64,000 bases of DNA from an uncultured virus (IMG/VR IMGVR_UViG_3300005663_000032) (lineage: Duplodnaviria; Heunggongvirae; Uroviricota; Caudoviricetes). The DNA lies in the IMG/VR virus record IMGVR_UViG_3300005663_000032; one strand, written 5' to 3'. Made by a program: the position numbers and the translations under genes. Shown here in pieces: positions 1 to 8,951 of the stretch. Below the pieces are notes generated by a model. It did no database searches and was not told the DNA's origin. It saw nothing but the letters and a program-made list of their open reading frames with translations. Position 1 is the first letter of the stretch. Each line of letters starts with the position of its first letter.

Positions 1-270
1 ATGTGGTTCAGAAAAAGAAAAATCCAAAACAATACATATGTAGATTTAACTGATCCTGCATATCCTGTAATTCGAGTAAAAATTCCCGCAAAACAAATCG
101 AATGGAAGTGGAAAAAGAATCGGCTTACTATTATAATCGATGGAGTTGATTATACTCCAAGTACAATAAAAAATATTCCTAATCTAAAAACACGAAATTT
201 TATCAGAAACAAATTGCCAACTGTTATCGAATTAAACGCGATCGTTGACAGACTTTTAGCAACCCAATAA
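1..270 (+). CDS. hypothetical protein
   Basis: 89-aa ORF; no recognised motif. Confidence 0.6.
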   Translation: MWFRKRKIQNNTYVDLTDPAYPVIRVKIPAKQIEWKWKKNRLTIIIDGVDYTPSTIKNIPNLKTRNFIRNKLPTVIELNAIVDRLLATQ

Positions 271-334
271 CAAATACACTCGAAAGAGCCTAATTAGCTT
301 ATTAACAATAAGACCATTTGCAGGAGAAACAAAC
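271..334 (+). repeat. conserved intergenic leader, copy 1
   Basis: ctc-gaaa-gag hairpin, then CCTAATTAGCTTATTAACAATAAGAC...TTGCAGGAGAAACAAA and ATG; near-identical to 554-627; contains AGGAG SD. Confidence 0.85.
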
Positions 335-553
335 ATGCCAATTGTAGACATAAATGATATTATCGGTGATGATGGCGAAGACACAATATCAATAGTGTTA
401 GTCAGAACATTTGAATATGAAGGGCTTTCAAGAGTTCCATCAAAAATAAATTATTTTATTAATAATAAACCCGTGACTAAGAAAGAATTCAACGAGATGA
501 ATGACGATATGAATGATCTTGCCGGAGTTCCTTCAAATGATAGCTACAAATAA
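335..553 (+). CDS. hypothetical protein
   Basis: 72-aa ORF with AGGAG SD. Confidence 0.7.
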   Translation: MPIVDINDIIGDDGEDTISIVLVRTFEYEGLSRVPSKINYFINNKPVTKKEFNEMNDDMNDLAGVPSNDSYK

Positions 554-627
554 CAACACATGCCCGAAAAGGGCCTAATTAGCTTACTAACAATAAGACG
601 CGCATACGCACTTGCAGGAGAAACAAA
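554..627 (+). repeat. conserved intergenic leader, copy 2
   Basis: gccc-gaaaa-gggc hairpin, then CTAATTAGCTTACTAACAATAAGAC...TTGCAGGAGAAACAAA and TTG. Confidence 0.85.
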
Positions 628-1449
628 TTGACCGTTGAAGCAATCTCAGAACCTCTTTATAAGATCGTTCTGAAGAAATCACAAATCGAAGCAAATGGCA
701 TCAGCCCGTTATTCAAAGGGCTTGCACTTGATAACCTTGAAATTGTTGAAGGTTATTCATATATGGATAAAGAAGAGTTTGTTCACAAATTCAGAAGATC
801 CATTGTACACAATACAAAAACAGACGCTATTGATCCAAAAACAGGAAAAAAACCATATAAAAATCATATGTATTTTAATCCATGTCCTGACTCCGTTGGC
901 AGATTCCAACGAAGAGATGGCAAATGGATTTATCCAAATGGACACAGAAATTGTATTGTACCACGCAGAATGTATCGAGCAGTTATTGTCACCCGTTTGG
1001 CTCCTCAGTTTCGTGAGATGCTAAACAAAGGTGAATTCAAAGGCTTGAGAGAGGCATATATTAATCCTCTTGTAAAAGTCGCAAGAATACTCCCCATGTT
1101 GATCAGACATGCAGACCCAGTTATTTATCGAAGACCAAACGACTTCACATTTATACCTGGATTTGAGGCAATTGAATGCAAGAAACATTATGGATTTAAG
1201 AAAAAAATAAATCTTACACATATGTTGAAATATGACCAAAATCTTGGAGAGGAAGAAAGAACATTCATCGATGATGAACTCAAGAAACTCCCTAAAATTT
1301 TGAAATGTGATGCAAAATGTACAAGTTTTAAAAACGTAAAATCCAGCGAGAGAAATTTTCTTAATAAATTGGCTCAGAGTCCAAACACACCAGATGCTTG
1401 GGTAGATCCAGAGATAAAAGATATTTTCTCAATCTCAATTTATTACTGA
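628..1449 (+). CDS. hypothetical protein (273 aa)
   Basis: long ORF, TTG start after AGGAG SD. Confidence 0.8.
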   Translation: MTVEAISEPLYKIVLKKSQIEANGISPLFKGLALDNLEIVEGYSYMDKEEFVHKFRRSIVHNTKTDAIDPKTGKKPYKNHMYFNPCPDSVGRFQRRDGKWIYPNGHRNCIVPRRMYRAVIVTRLAPQFREMLNKGEFKGLREAYINPLVKVARILPMLIRHADPVIYRRPNDFTFIPGFEAIECKKHYGFKKKINLTHMLKYDQNLGEEERTFIDDELKKLPKILKCDAKCTSFKNVKSSERNFLNKLAQSPNTPDAWVDPEIKDIFSISIYY

Positions 1450-1520
1450 AAAATTAGTGGATAGTCTTCTGCCACATTCAAGAGAGACATTACCTCACTT
1501 CTTACAAGAAGATTAATAAC

Positions 1521-1555
1521 TTTTTTATATAATATAGAAATATAGAAATATAGAA
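1521..1555 (+). promoter_or_regulatory. archaeal-type TATA box (TTTATATA) followed by 3x AATATAGA tandem repeat
   Basis: about 30 nt upstream of the first tRNA-like RNA. Confidence 0.5.
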
Positions 1556-1559
1556 TTAT

Positions 1560-1682
1560 CGGGAGCTAGCTCAGTCAGGTAGAGCGCTTATAGTTCTTTT
1601 GAAATTTGATCCCTTACGGGCACACATCAGAATTTGGACATTGAGGATGTAGAGGTCATGGGTTCAAATCCCATTCTCCCGA
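1560..1682 (+). ncRNA. tRNA-mimic RNA 1 (Y-RNA-like; anticodon arm replaced by ~65-nt structured insert)
   Basis: acceptor CGGGAG/CTCCCG, canonical D arm TAGCTCAGTCAGGTAGAGC, T arm ATGGG-TTCAAAT-CCCAT; no canonical anticodon loop; insert carries TTGAT-CCC-TTAC-GGG-CACAC-ATCAG-AATTTGG. Confidence 0.75.
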
Positions 1683-1694
1683 ATATTTCACAAT

Positions 1695-1786
1695 GCTGGA
1701 GAATAATCATTCCTTCTCATTTAGATCCCGCAGGGGCACGATTTGGAATTTGGTACACTTGAAAGGTTCAATCCCTTTCTCCAGCG
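1695..1786 (+). ncRNA. tRNA-mimic RNA 2 (acceptor + T arm, no D arm)
   Basis: GCTGGAG/CTCCAGC 7-bp acceptor, AAAGG-TTCAATC-CCTTT T arm, core TAGAT-CCC-GCAG-GGG-CACG-ATTTG-GAATTTGG. Confidence 0.7.
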
Positions 1787-1798
1787 CTTTTTCACAAT

Positions 1799-1835
1799 GC
1801 TGTAGGATTCAAGACTTCGAACTCTTCCTATGGCA
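1799..1835 (+). ncRNA. minihelix-like RNA 3 (acceptor-like stem + T-loop hairpin)
   Basis: GCTGTAGG/CCTATGGC stem, AAGA-CTTCGAAC-TCTT; preceded by the same TTCACAATGCTG as RNA 2. Confidence 0.5.
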
Positions 1836-1848
1836 CTTTTTTATTTCA

Positions 1849-1934
1849 GCGAAGATGCATTTCATTCCTTTTCATTTAGATCCCGCAAGGGCACGATTTG
1901 GAATTTGGTTACAAAACTATCCCCGCATCTTCGC
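1849..1934 (+). ncRNA. structured RNA 4 (Y-RNA-like)
   Basis: perfect 10-bp terminal stem GCGAAGATGC/GCATCTTCGC enclosing the same core as RNA 2 with a GCAA tetraloop. Confidence 0.7.
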
Positions 1935-1978
1935 ATTATTTCGATCTAATTGATCCCCCTAACAGGTGGCATTAAACT

Positions 1979-3616
1979 ATGGAAGAATTTTTAACACAAA
2001 ATCTTAACCAACACTATGATCAACTGAGAGAAAATAAAAGGAGATATACAGCACATCTCATTTATATTTTCTCAGAGAATTTGTTCCTACCAAGAGAATT
2101 CAAGAGCAAAGTAATTGCAGCAGTAATTTCTGCAAACGATCCAGAACTACTTGAATTGATGGCGTTCAGATCAACAATCGTTGATCTCAGAGATGCACTG
2201 CGTATCTTAAAGACTCAGAAGAATATTCCAAAACTAACTTCCAAAAGGAAAGTGGTGATTAACAAATTCTATCTGGGCAGATTAAGTCAAAGCAAACTTC
2301 ATTATCACATATTAAAATATAGTGGAGAGGCATTCCGCGAGGTAATAGATCTTACCCATCCCCACCCCACAATTTTCCAAGATTCAGATTTTCAATCTGT
2401 TGTTTTTGGAGAAAATAAAGGTGTAATAGGCGAGATTAGAAAAATCCTCAACGCTGAACCTTCTGAAGAAGATGTCATTAAACTGATGGAAACATATAGT
2501 ATTCCATGGCATTATCTCAAACAGAGAGTTCAATTTGGAGAGAAAGTATACAAGAAACTGATTGAAACAGAATCATTGCCGGTCTTACTGAGACAGATAA
2601 ACCGATTGGATTATCACGACCTTATTGAGAAGAAACTACTCGAAACCGACAAGGTAAGAATGAATTTCTTTGAAATATACAGCACTTGGAAGCAGCAATT
2701 ATTCAGCAACAAAGGACAGGATAAACTTGTCAATCTATGTGAAATCGCACTAAAAGATTCGGTAAGAAACTTTCCCAATATGGGTAAAGTGGCAATTGTC
2801 GGAGATATTAGTCCAAGCATGGAATTCGCTGCTGAATTTAGCATTATGCTTTCATTGGTACTGGGTATGGCATATGAGGATTCATCTCTATTCTTTTTCC
2901 ATCGAGATTGTATAGAGGCAGATATTCCTACTGATTTTTATTCAGCAACCCAATTGGTTGCACGAACTAGAACAGCAAGTTATACTGCACCTGCAACAGT
3001 TATCGATAAATGGATTAGAGAATACTATTCATTCGATACAGTAATTGTAATCACAGATGAGGAGGAAAATCGACCAAGCCAAAACGGAAGAGGTTTTGCG
3101 CAGGAATGGAAGCTTTACAACCTATATAACCCACTGACTAAACTATTGTTTTTGACAGTTGGAGATAGTCGTTATATGACGGACGATTTGACTCATTTCG
3201 AACTGGAGGCAACACGTATTCAGATTCCTGATAACGTGGCAACTGGATTCAAAATGCTTCAGGCAATTCTTGTCAGTCTGGCACATCCGGGTCTATTCGA
3301 GATTCAGTTATCTGTAATCGAAAAAGCACTGGATTCAAACCCAGTCAAGGAGGTACAGATGACAGTAAACAGAGAACGATCATACTTCGTTCTTTCAGAA
3401 TTAATCGTAACTATCAAAGATCTCTGTGTTCTATCTGATTCAGGAACAAGAACTTTCGAAAAAGAGATCAGAACAGAGGCAACTAAACTTGCAATTGTTC
3501 TAAGAAGTTTAGGCTTTGTTTCAGATGAACAAACGCTTAGAAATCTTGATTACAGTGCATTTGACACCGTGGAGCTCTTTTTAGAGGAATTATCTACCAA
3601 AATCAAATTGATGTAG
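1979..3616 (+). CDS. Ro60/TROVE-like RNA-binding protein with C-terminal vWA domain
   Basis: FREVIDLTHPHP and LPVLLRQINRL resemble TROVE motifs; vWA MIDAS GDISPSM and VIVITDEEEN. Confidence 0.7.
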   Translation: MEEFLTQNLNQHYDQLRENKRRYTAHLIYIFSENLFLPREFKSKVIAAVISANDPELLELMAFRSTIVDLRDALRILKTQKNIPKLTSKRKVVINKFYLGRLSQSKLHYHILKYSGEAFREVIDLTHPHPTIFQDSDFQSVVFGENKGVIGEIRKILNAEPSEEDVIKLMETYSIPWHYLKQRVQFGEKVYKKLIETESLPVLLRQINRLDYHDLIEKKLLETDKVRMNFFEIYSTWKQQLFSNKGQDKLVNLCEIALKDSVRNFPNMGKVAIVGDISPSMEFAAEFSIMLSLVLGMAYEDSSLFFFHRDCIEADIPTDFYSATQLVARTRTASYTAPATVIDKWIREYYSFDTVIVITDEEENRPSQNGRGFAQEWKLYNLYNPLTKLLFLTVGDSRYMTDDLTHFELEATRIQIPDNVATGFKMLQAILVSLAHPGLFEIQLSVIEKALDSNPVKEVQMTVNRERSYFVLSELIVTIKDLCVLSDSGTRTFEKEIRTEATKLAIVLRSLGFVSDEQTLRNLDYSAFDTVELFLEELSTKIKLM

Positions 3617-3698
3617 AATATTTCATAGAACTATTAAAGACTAAAATCTTAAATAATTAATAATATTTCAAACCTGTTAATAATAACAGAAAAACACT

Positions 3699-3736
3699 AG
3701 CTCATCTTCCCCAAATAGGGGAGGGTGGGCTTTTTT
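3699..3736 (+). terminator. GC hairpin + T-tract
   Basis: GCTCATCTTCCCC-AAATA-GGGGAGGGTGGGC-TTTTTT. Confidence 0.65.
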
Positions 3737-3740
3737 CATT

Positions 3741-4085
3741 TTGGTATATTACGAGAACATGCGTTCAGTAAAAAAACTATCCGAACAGATAAATGTTGAT
3801 TACGGTATCAAAACTCAGAAGATTCACGTTTCTGAGGGTGGTGTTGTAACGATTCAGGCTCTCGGCACAACTGTCGATGATATAGAAGTCTGTATGCAGG
3901 TGGATTCCACGACCAAAGGCCTGGATTATTCCATGGTCTTCCGAAAGGATAATCTAAGTCGATTGGAATATCTTGAATTTGATGATATCAACGCAAAGAT
4001 AGTCAGGCGATTTCTAGAAGGAAGTGATGTTGATTTTATGCATTCAATTAATGCACAACAGAATCATACATTTATTCCCGCATAG
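3741..4085 (+). CDS. hypothetical protein
   Basis: 114-aa ORF; start uncertain. Confidence 0.7.
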   Translation: MVYYENMRSVKKLSEQINVDYGIKTQKIHVSEGGVVTIQALGTTVDDIEVCMQVDSTTKGLDYSMVFRKDNLSRLEYLEFDDINAKIVRRFLEGSDVDFMHSINAQQNHTFIPA

Positions 4086-4166
4086 GGGGGATGAATGCTA
4101 TTTCTAATATTTCAAACAAATATCACAACATGCTTTCACTTATAATGCACCGTGTCATAAGCAATT

Positions 4167-4174
4167 TTTTAAAA
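4167..4174 (+). promoter_or_regulatory. archaeal-type TATA box for tnpB
   Basis: TTTTAAAA about 25 nt before the GTG start at 4197 (leaderless geometry). Confidence 0.5.
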
Positions 4175-4196
4175 GATGAATGAATAATTACTCATA

Positions 4197-5564
4197 GTGC
4201 TAATTACACAAAAGGATCATCTACGATTATCCAAAAAAGAATTTGAGATAATTGATCGTTTGTGTGGATATAGTAAGAATCTGTTCAATGTCACTCTTTA
4301 TGAGGTTCGGAAACATTATAAAAATACTGAAAAACATCTTAAATATAAAGATGCATATCATATAGTCAAATCCAATGAAAATTACAAATTACTACTTTCA
4401 TCATGTGCGCAGCAGACGATGAAGATAGTGGATCGTAGCTATAATGGATTTTTTGGATTATTAAAAATAGATCAAAATATTACTGTGAATCCACCTAAAT
4501 TTTTACCCAAGAATGGTAAATTTGCTTGTGTATTTCCACAGACTGGATTTAGGATCAAGGGTAAAAAATTATTGATTGGATTATCTAAAACTTTCAGAAA
4601 AGTACATCAGATATTAGCCAAGGATTTGGAATTCATAATTCCTAGAAATTTGAGATCTGTAGATTCCAGACAGATAAAAGAGATTAGAATAATTCCTCGA
4701 TTATCGGGTAAATATTATGATATTGAATATATTTACAAGATTAAGAAAAAATCAATGGAGCTAGAATTAGATTCCTATCAATACTTAGCGATTGATCTAG
4801 GATTGAATAATTTTGCGACTACAATTGATACTACCAATGGGACTTCTGAGATTATAGATGGAAGGTATATTAAATCAATTAACCAGTGGTATAACAAGGA
4901 AAAAGCAAGATTACAATCAATCAAGGATAAACAAAAGATCAAATTTCTAACTAATCGAGAAGCATTGATGCTTCAGAATCGAGATAATAAGATCAATGAA
5001 TTTCTTAATCTCTCAGTCAATCATATTATTAAACACTGTTTGAATAATAAGATTGGTAATTTAGTTCTAGGTGATTTTCATGGTATTAAACAAAAAATTA
5101 GGCTGGGTAAAAAGACAAATCAGAATTTTGTTCAGATACCATTTTTCAAATTCAAACAAAAATTAAAATCTAAATGTGAACTTCATGGGATTAAATATTA
5201 TATTCAGGAAGAATCTTATACCTCCAAATGTGATGCACTTGCATTGGAGCCTATAGAGAAACAAGTTTCATATCTTGGTAAAAGAATAAAAAGAGGCTTA
5301 TTTAAGAGTTCTACTGGTGTGTTGCTGAATGCAGATACTAATGGGGTCTTGAATATATTAAGAAAAGTAGCTGGTGATTCCTCAATTCAGGGGATAATCA
5401 GTAGAGGTCTTGTCAACAGACCTAGAAGAATAAGGCTAGCATTTCATACTAATATTGAAAATGACTTACAAACTTCTTCTGTATTAAATTGTAGTGTTGT
5501 GGCCAAAGTGAGTAATCCTTTGAAAACTATCTACAAGCCCCGTCCTTCAGGGCGGGGAAGTTGA
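4197..5564 (+). CDS. tnpB: RNA-guided endonuclease TnpB
   Basis: RuvC motifs LAIDLGLNN, LVLGDF and NADTNGVLNI; EESYTSKC...GKRIKRGLF signature. Confidence 0.93.
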   Translation: MLITQKDHLRLSKKEFEIIDRLCGYSKNLFNVTLYEVRKHYKNTEKHLKYKDAYHIVKSNENYKLLLSSCAQQTMKIVDRSYNGFFGLLKIDQNITVNPPKFLPKNGKFACVFPQTGFRIKGKKLLIGLSKTFRKVHQILAKDLEFIIPRNLRSVDSRQIKEIRIIPRLSGKYYDIEYIYKIKKKSMELELDSYQYLAIDLGLNNFATTIDTTNGTSEIIDGRYIKSINQWYNKEKARLQSIKDKQKIKFLTNREALMLQNRDNKINEFLNLSVNHIIKHCLNNKIGNLVLGDFHGIKQKIRLGKKTNQNFVQIPFFKFKQKLKSKCELHGIKYYIQEESYTSKCDALALEPIEKQVSYLGKRIKRGLFKSSTGVLLNADTNGVLNILRKVAGDSSIQGIISRGLVNRPRRIRLAFHTNIENDLQTSSVLNCSVVAKVSNPLKTIYKPRPSGRGS

Positions 5565-5602
5565 CTCCCGCATAACTCAAAAACTAGGAGAATATTTCTC
5601 GT

Positions 5603-6148
5603 ATGTTTGTAAACGATTACGGAGATACAATAAGTAACCAAGAATTGCTAGAACATGTTTGTGAAAACGCAGTTAATTATGATATTATACAACAACAAGG
5701 ACTAGAATTATTATCACACTATGTTCCACATATAAGTGAACAAAACGATACAAATTCGCATTTAGTTGTATTATATACAGCATTAACAAATAGCAGTTAC
5801 TGGACACACGTGTATATTGCCAATGGTCAATTGTTCCTCACAATTGCTGAGGAATTTAAAGAAGAACTAGACATTGACATAATACTGAACTTAATTCAAG
5901 ATCCATCTTCAATAACTGTGCCTGATGAGTACAACGAAATGGTGAATCCTGTGAGTCCAAACGATTTTATAGCTGCGATTTTATTCACTTGTACTAGTTT
6001 GCTATACATTGCCGGAGTGGCAGAGCAAGATGTAAAATTTGAATGGATCACATCAGAATATTGGATGGAACTACTTACCGGGAATCTTGAATTATATCAC
6101 CCAACACCCAGTCGGGTGTTTTCAATATCGATATCGAGGAAAACATAA
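5603..6148 (+). CDS. hypothetical protein
   Basis: 181-aa ORF after AATATTTC; TAATG-coupled to the vWA gene. Confidence 0.8.
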   Translation: MFVNDYGDTISNQELLEHVCENAVNYDIIQQQGLELLSHYVPHISEQNDTNSHLVVLYTALTNSSYWTHVYIANGQLFLTIAEEFKEELDIDIILNLIQDPSSITVPDEYNEMVNPVSPNDFIAAILFTCTSLLYIAGVAEQDVKFEWITSEYWMELLTGNLELYHPTPSRVFSISISRKT

Positions 6149-7437
6149 TGTACACTGATAAAGTAACCCTTGATGAGTTCTATAACCAACCAGAATTATT
6201 CGAAAGAGATGAATCTGAAAATGGAGCTCTAGCGACCAAAACAATCAATGAAGCAAAGACAAGTTTATTCTTGGACAATCCCTTCTTTGGTTTTATTCTT
6301 GGTCAATACAAGGTAACCCCAACTACAAACTCTCGTATCAGACAATTTGGCGCTGATTACAAGAGATTGTATGTAAATACTGATTATATACTAAACCTGC
6401 TCAAGGAGAAAAACACCTATGGAAAAATAAAGGGTGCCCTTCTTCACATGTTAATGCATATAATCCACCGGCATAACGAAAGACAAGCCGACAGGGAAAA
6501 AACAACATGGAAAGAAGCATGTGATATAAGTGCATTTCTGGTAATGGATCATTCAAAAACCCTTCAATCCAGATATGACGAGAATATTAACTGGGAAGTT
6601 CCAGATGTCTCAAACATTCCTGATGACTATAGAAATATACCTGCGGGTGAGATCTATAATAAATTAATAAAAGATCGACCTCCAAACCAACCTCCGGGTG
6701 GTGGTGGTCAATTACCCATGGGTATACAGAGCTTAGTCTGCGATCTTGATGCGATCCAAGACGAAATGGAAATACAAGGTATCTCCGCAGAGTCACGCGC
6801 ATTAGAAGATCAAAGGCAGGAAGGTATTCTCAGAAATGCATACAATTCGTACAAAGATAGAGGTGATATTCCGCAGGGAATACTATCCGAAATTAATGAA
6901 ATGTTGGAACCAAAGGTTAGTTGGAAACTAATCCTTCAGCAATTTGTACAGAGTCAGATGCCTAATGATTATACATGGAGTCGCCCAAATAGGCGAATGT
7001 ACGCTCACGGTGTATATATGCCCGCGATGAAAAAGGAAAATCTTAACGCAATGATCGCAGTTGACACAAGTGGGTCAATCGGTCAAAAAGAACTGATGGC
7101 ATTTTTAACAGAAATTAACTCAATACTACAGAGTATAACAAACACACGGATTATACTTGTAGATATAGATGCAAGAATCAACGAGGTTCGCATTATAGAG
7201 CCAGGAGAAGACTTCCGCAATCACAAATTCAAAGGCGGTGGCGGAACCAACTTCATTCCACTTTTCGAAGAGGAATTTCTACACGAACACTCACCAGATG
7301 TCATATTATATTTTACAGATGGATACGGGAGATTTCCCGATAATGCACCAAGCATTCCTACTATATGGTTGATGACCACCGATGTGGAGGCACCATTCGG
7401 CACCACTGTAGAGTATGATCTCACAGAAGAAAATTAA
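6148..7437 (+). CDS. DUF2201-type metallopeptidase-like + vWA protein (MoxR partner)
   Basis: HMLMH (HExxH-like with E absent), WSRPNRR, AVDTSGSI, GGGGTNF, YFTDGYG. Confidence 0.85.
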   Translation: MYTDKVTLDEFYNQPELFERDESENGALATKTINEAKTSLFLDNPFFGFILGQYKVTPTTNSRIRQFGADYKRLYVNTDYILNLLKEKNTYGKIKGALLHMLMHIIHRHNERQADREKTTWKEACDISAFLVMDHSKTLQSRYDENINWEVPDVSNIPDDYRNIPAGEIYNKLIKDRPPNQPPGGGGQLPMGIQSLVCDLDAIQDEMEIQGISAESRALEDQRQEGILRNAYNSYKDRGDIPQGILSEINEMLEPKVSWKLILQQFVQSQMPNDYTWSRPNRRMYAHGVYMPAMKKENLNAMIAVDTSGSIGQKELMAFLTEINSILQSITNTRIILVDIDARINEVRIIEPGEDFRNHKFKGGGGTNFIPLFEEEFLHEHSPDVILYFTDGYGRFPDNAPSIPTIWLMTTDVEAPFGTTVEYDLTEEN

Positions 7438-7641
7438 TATTTCAAACCAAATAAATGAAAAACACTTTAGGAGGTAAAAACATGGCAAAAGAAAAATTGA
7501 AAGAAACTCTATCATTCATAATTCAAGAGACAATGAATATATTAGAAAACGATTATGGTATTACAGAATTGAAAAATTTAGGGTTTAAAACAGCAGAAGA
7601 CATAGCAGAAAGAATATATAAGAATTAGCTAATTACAATAT

Positions 7642-7679
7642 TTCACATGACTGTAATCCATTCACATGACTGTAATCCA
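7642..7679 (+). repeat. 19-bp tandem duplication TTCACATGACTGTAATCCA x2
   Basis: seen directly. Confidence 0.9.
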
Positions 7680-7778
7680 TTCCGCGATGATGATTATGAA
7701 CCGTGTAAACAATGCGGCGAAGAATGGGCCCAATTACCTCCAGATGGCATATGCCCTGACTGTAAATCAAAAAAATAA
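7647..7778 (+). CDS. small zinc-ribbon protein (43 aa)
   Basis: motif-ATG to TAA-motif; CKQC...CPDC; not in the ORF track. Confidence 0.65.
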   Translation: MTVIHSHDCNPFRDDDYEPCKQCGEEWAQLPPDGICPDCKSKK

Positions 7779-7785
7779 TATTTCT

Positions 7786-7923
7786 ATGGACAAATACGAT
7801 AAATTAAAACAGGCAGACGACACGATCTGCAGGTTGGGTCACATAGTTCATCGAGTTGAAATTAATAAAAGCATTATTTATCAATGCAAATCATGCTACT
7901 CGGAATTCACTCCAAAAATTTAA
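7786..7923 (+). CDS. small Cys/His protein (start corrected)
   Basis: TAATATTTCT-ATG; CRLGH...CKSC. Confidence 0.65.
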   Translation: MDKYDKLKQADDTICRLGHIVHRVEINKSIIYQCKSCYSEFTPKI

Positions 7924-7929
7924 TATTTC

Positions 7930-8391
7930 ATGAAAGACAAAATCACTCGAGATGATATGGAGAATTTCTATCGAAAGATGTGCAATATCCTCAATAACAT
8001 GGAAGGTGAGGATGCACAAGGGATTCAAAACGTTTTAGACGATTTGATATTCAAACCCGGGGAACGGCTTGCCATCGACAAGACAACTAAAGACCAGAAT
8101 GAGAAGACAATGGCCTTCTATAAACGCCTTACTCAACAGGCACATTATGACAAAGGCACTGATTTAATCGCATTGAATGAAAAACTATCTGGACAGAAAG
8201 AACCTTTTTGTGCTTGGCATGAGACAAAAATGGGGAACCCCTATTGTCCAAATTGCGGGGCGGCTGATGAGGTAGAATACATTAAGACCCGTTCGAATAA
8301 ATTAAAATCATATAGATGTAAAGGATGTGACCTCAAATTTCACATTTTCTGGTTTCTTAACTACACATGTGATGAATGTAAAGAAAAATAA
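7930..8391 (+). CDS. zinc-ribbon hypothetical protein
   Basis: CPNC, CKGC, CDEC; motif-bounded. Confidence 0.75.
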   Translation: MKDKITRDDMENFYRKMCNILNNMEGEDAQGIQNVLDDLIFKPGERLAIDKTTKDQNEKTMAFYKRLTQQAHYDKGTDLIALNEKLSGQKEPFCAWHETKMGNPYCPNCGAADEVEYIKTRSNKLKSYRCKGCDLKFHIFWFLNYTCDECKEK

Positions 8392-8525
8392 TATTTCTAT
8401 GAGTGATTTAGAGAATTGGCTTATCGACCAAAACATATTTGTAATAACAATTATTGTTTTGGGATTTGTATTGGGATTAGTTTCATTTATGGTTTTCCTA
8501 ATAGGATTAATGGGATAATATTTCT

Positions 8526-8951
8526 ATGGTAAAAACCAAAACCAAAGAACAATTAGAACTTGAGATAAAACATTATCGAATAAAAATTAGTGGCCTTCAG
8601 GTAACATTAGACGGAGAAAGAAGAAAGGAGAATAAAGTGACAGCTGTTAATTATATTGGAAAACATTTTAAATACACGGATAGATATTCAAATGATTCAT
8701 TATGGACTGTTTATAACAAAATTATATCTTATCACCAGAATGAAAACAACGGCTTTTTTAAAATATTAGTGGTTGAGAAAAGAGGTTCAAACTATTATGA
8801 CAGCCAATTACTATTAAGTTTAAAATATCTGGATTTCAGTGATTTCATAAGTCGGCTAAAAGCTCCATTTGAACCATATGTTCTCATACAAGAAAAGGAA
8901 TTTAAAGAAAAATACGATGCGGCACTTCTCAAAATGAACGCAGTTGTATAA
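8526..8951 (+). CDS. hypothetical protein
   Basis: motif-bounded ORF. Confidence 0.75.
   Translation: MVKTKTKEQLELEIKHYRIKISGLQVTLDGERRKENKVTAVNYIGKHFKYTDRYSNDSLWTVYNKIISYHQNENNGFFKILVVEKRGSNYYDSQLLLSLKYLDFSDFISRLKAPFEPYVLIQEKEFKEKYDAALLKMNAVV

Larger units (their letters stand above)
4076..5565 (+). mobile_element. IS200/IS605-family (IS1341-like, tnpB-only) element
   Basis: tnpB gene; right-end hairpin CCCCGTCC-TTCA-GGGCGGGG followed by AAGTTGAC (5538-5565); left boundary uncertain; no tnpA. Confidence 0.7.

Noticed and set aside
281..334. Hammerhead ribozyme in the duplicated leader
   Set aside because: GAAAC is present but the CUGANGA core is absent.
1560..1682. Conventional or intron-containing tRNA gene
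   Set aside because: No paired anticodon stem with a YU-anticodon loop and no clear bulge-helix-bulge; the insert is shared with neighbouring non-tRNA units. Not fully excluded without tRNAscan.
1630..1908. Sm-binding site (AAUUUGG) or trans-splicing interpretation of the RNAs and motif
   Set aside because: AATTTGG fits an Sm-like consensus, but the inter-gene motif lacks a conserved AG acceptor and no Sm or splicing genes are visible; too speculative.
1693..1953. 86-aa ORF upstream of the TROVE gene
   Set aside because: Overlaps three structured RNA units with perfect terminal stems and a T-loop; a non-coding interpretation fits better.
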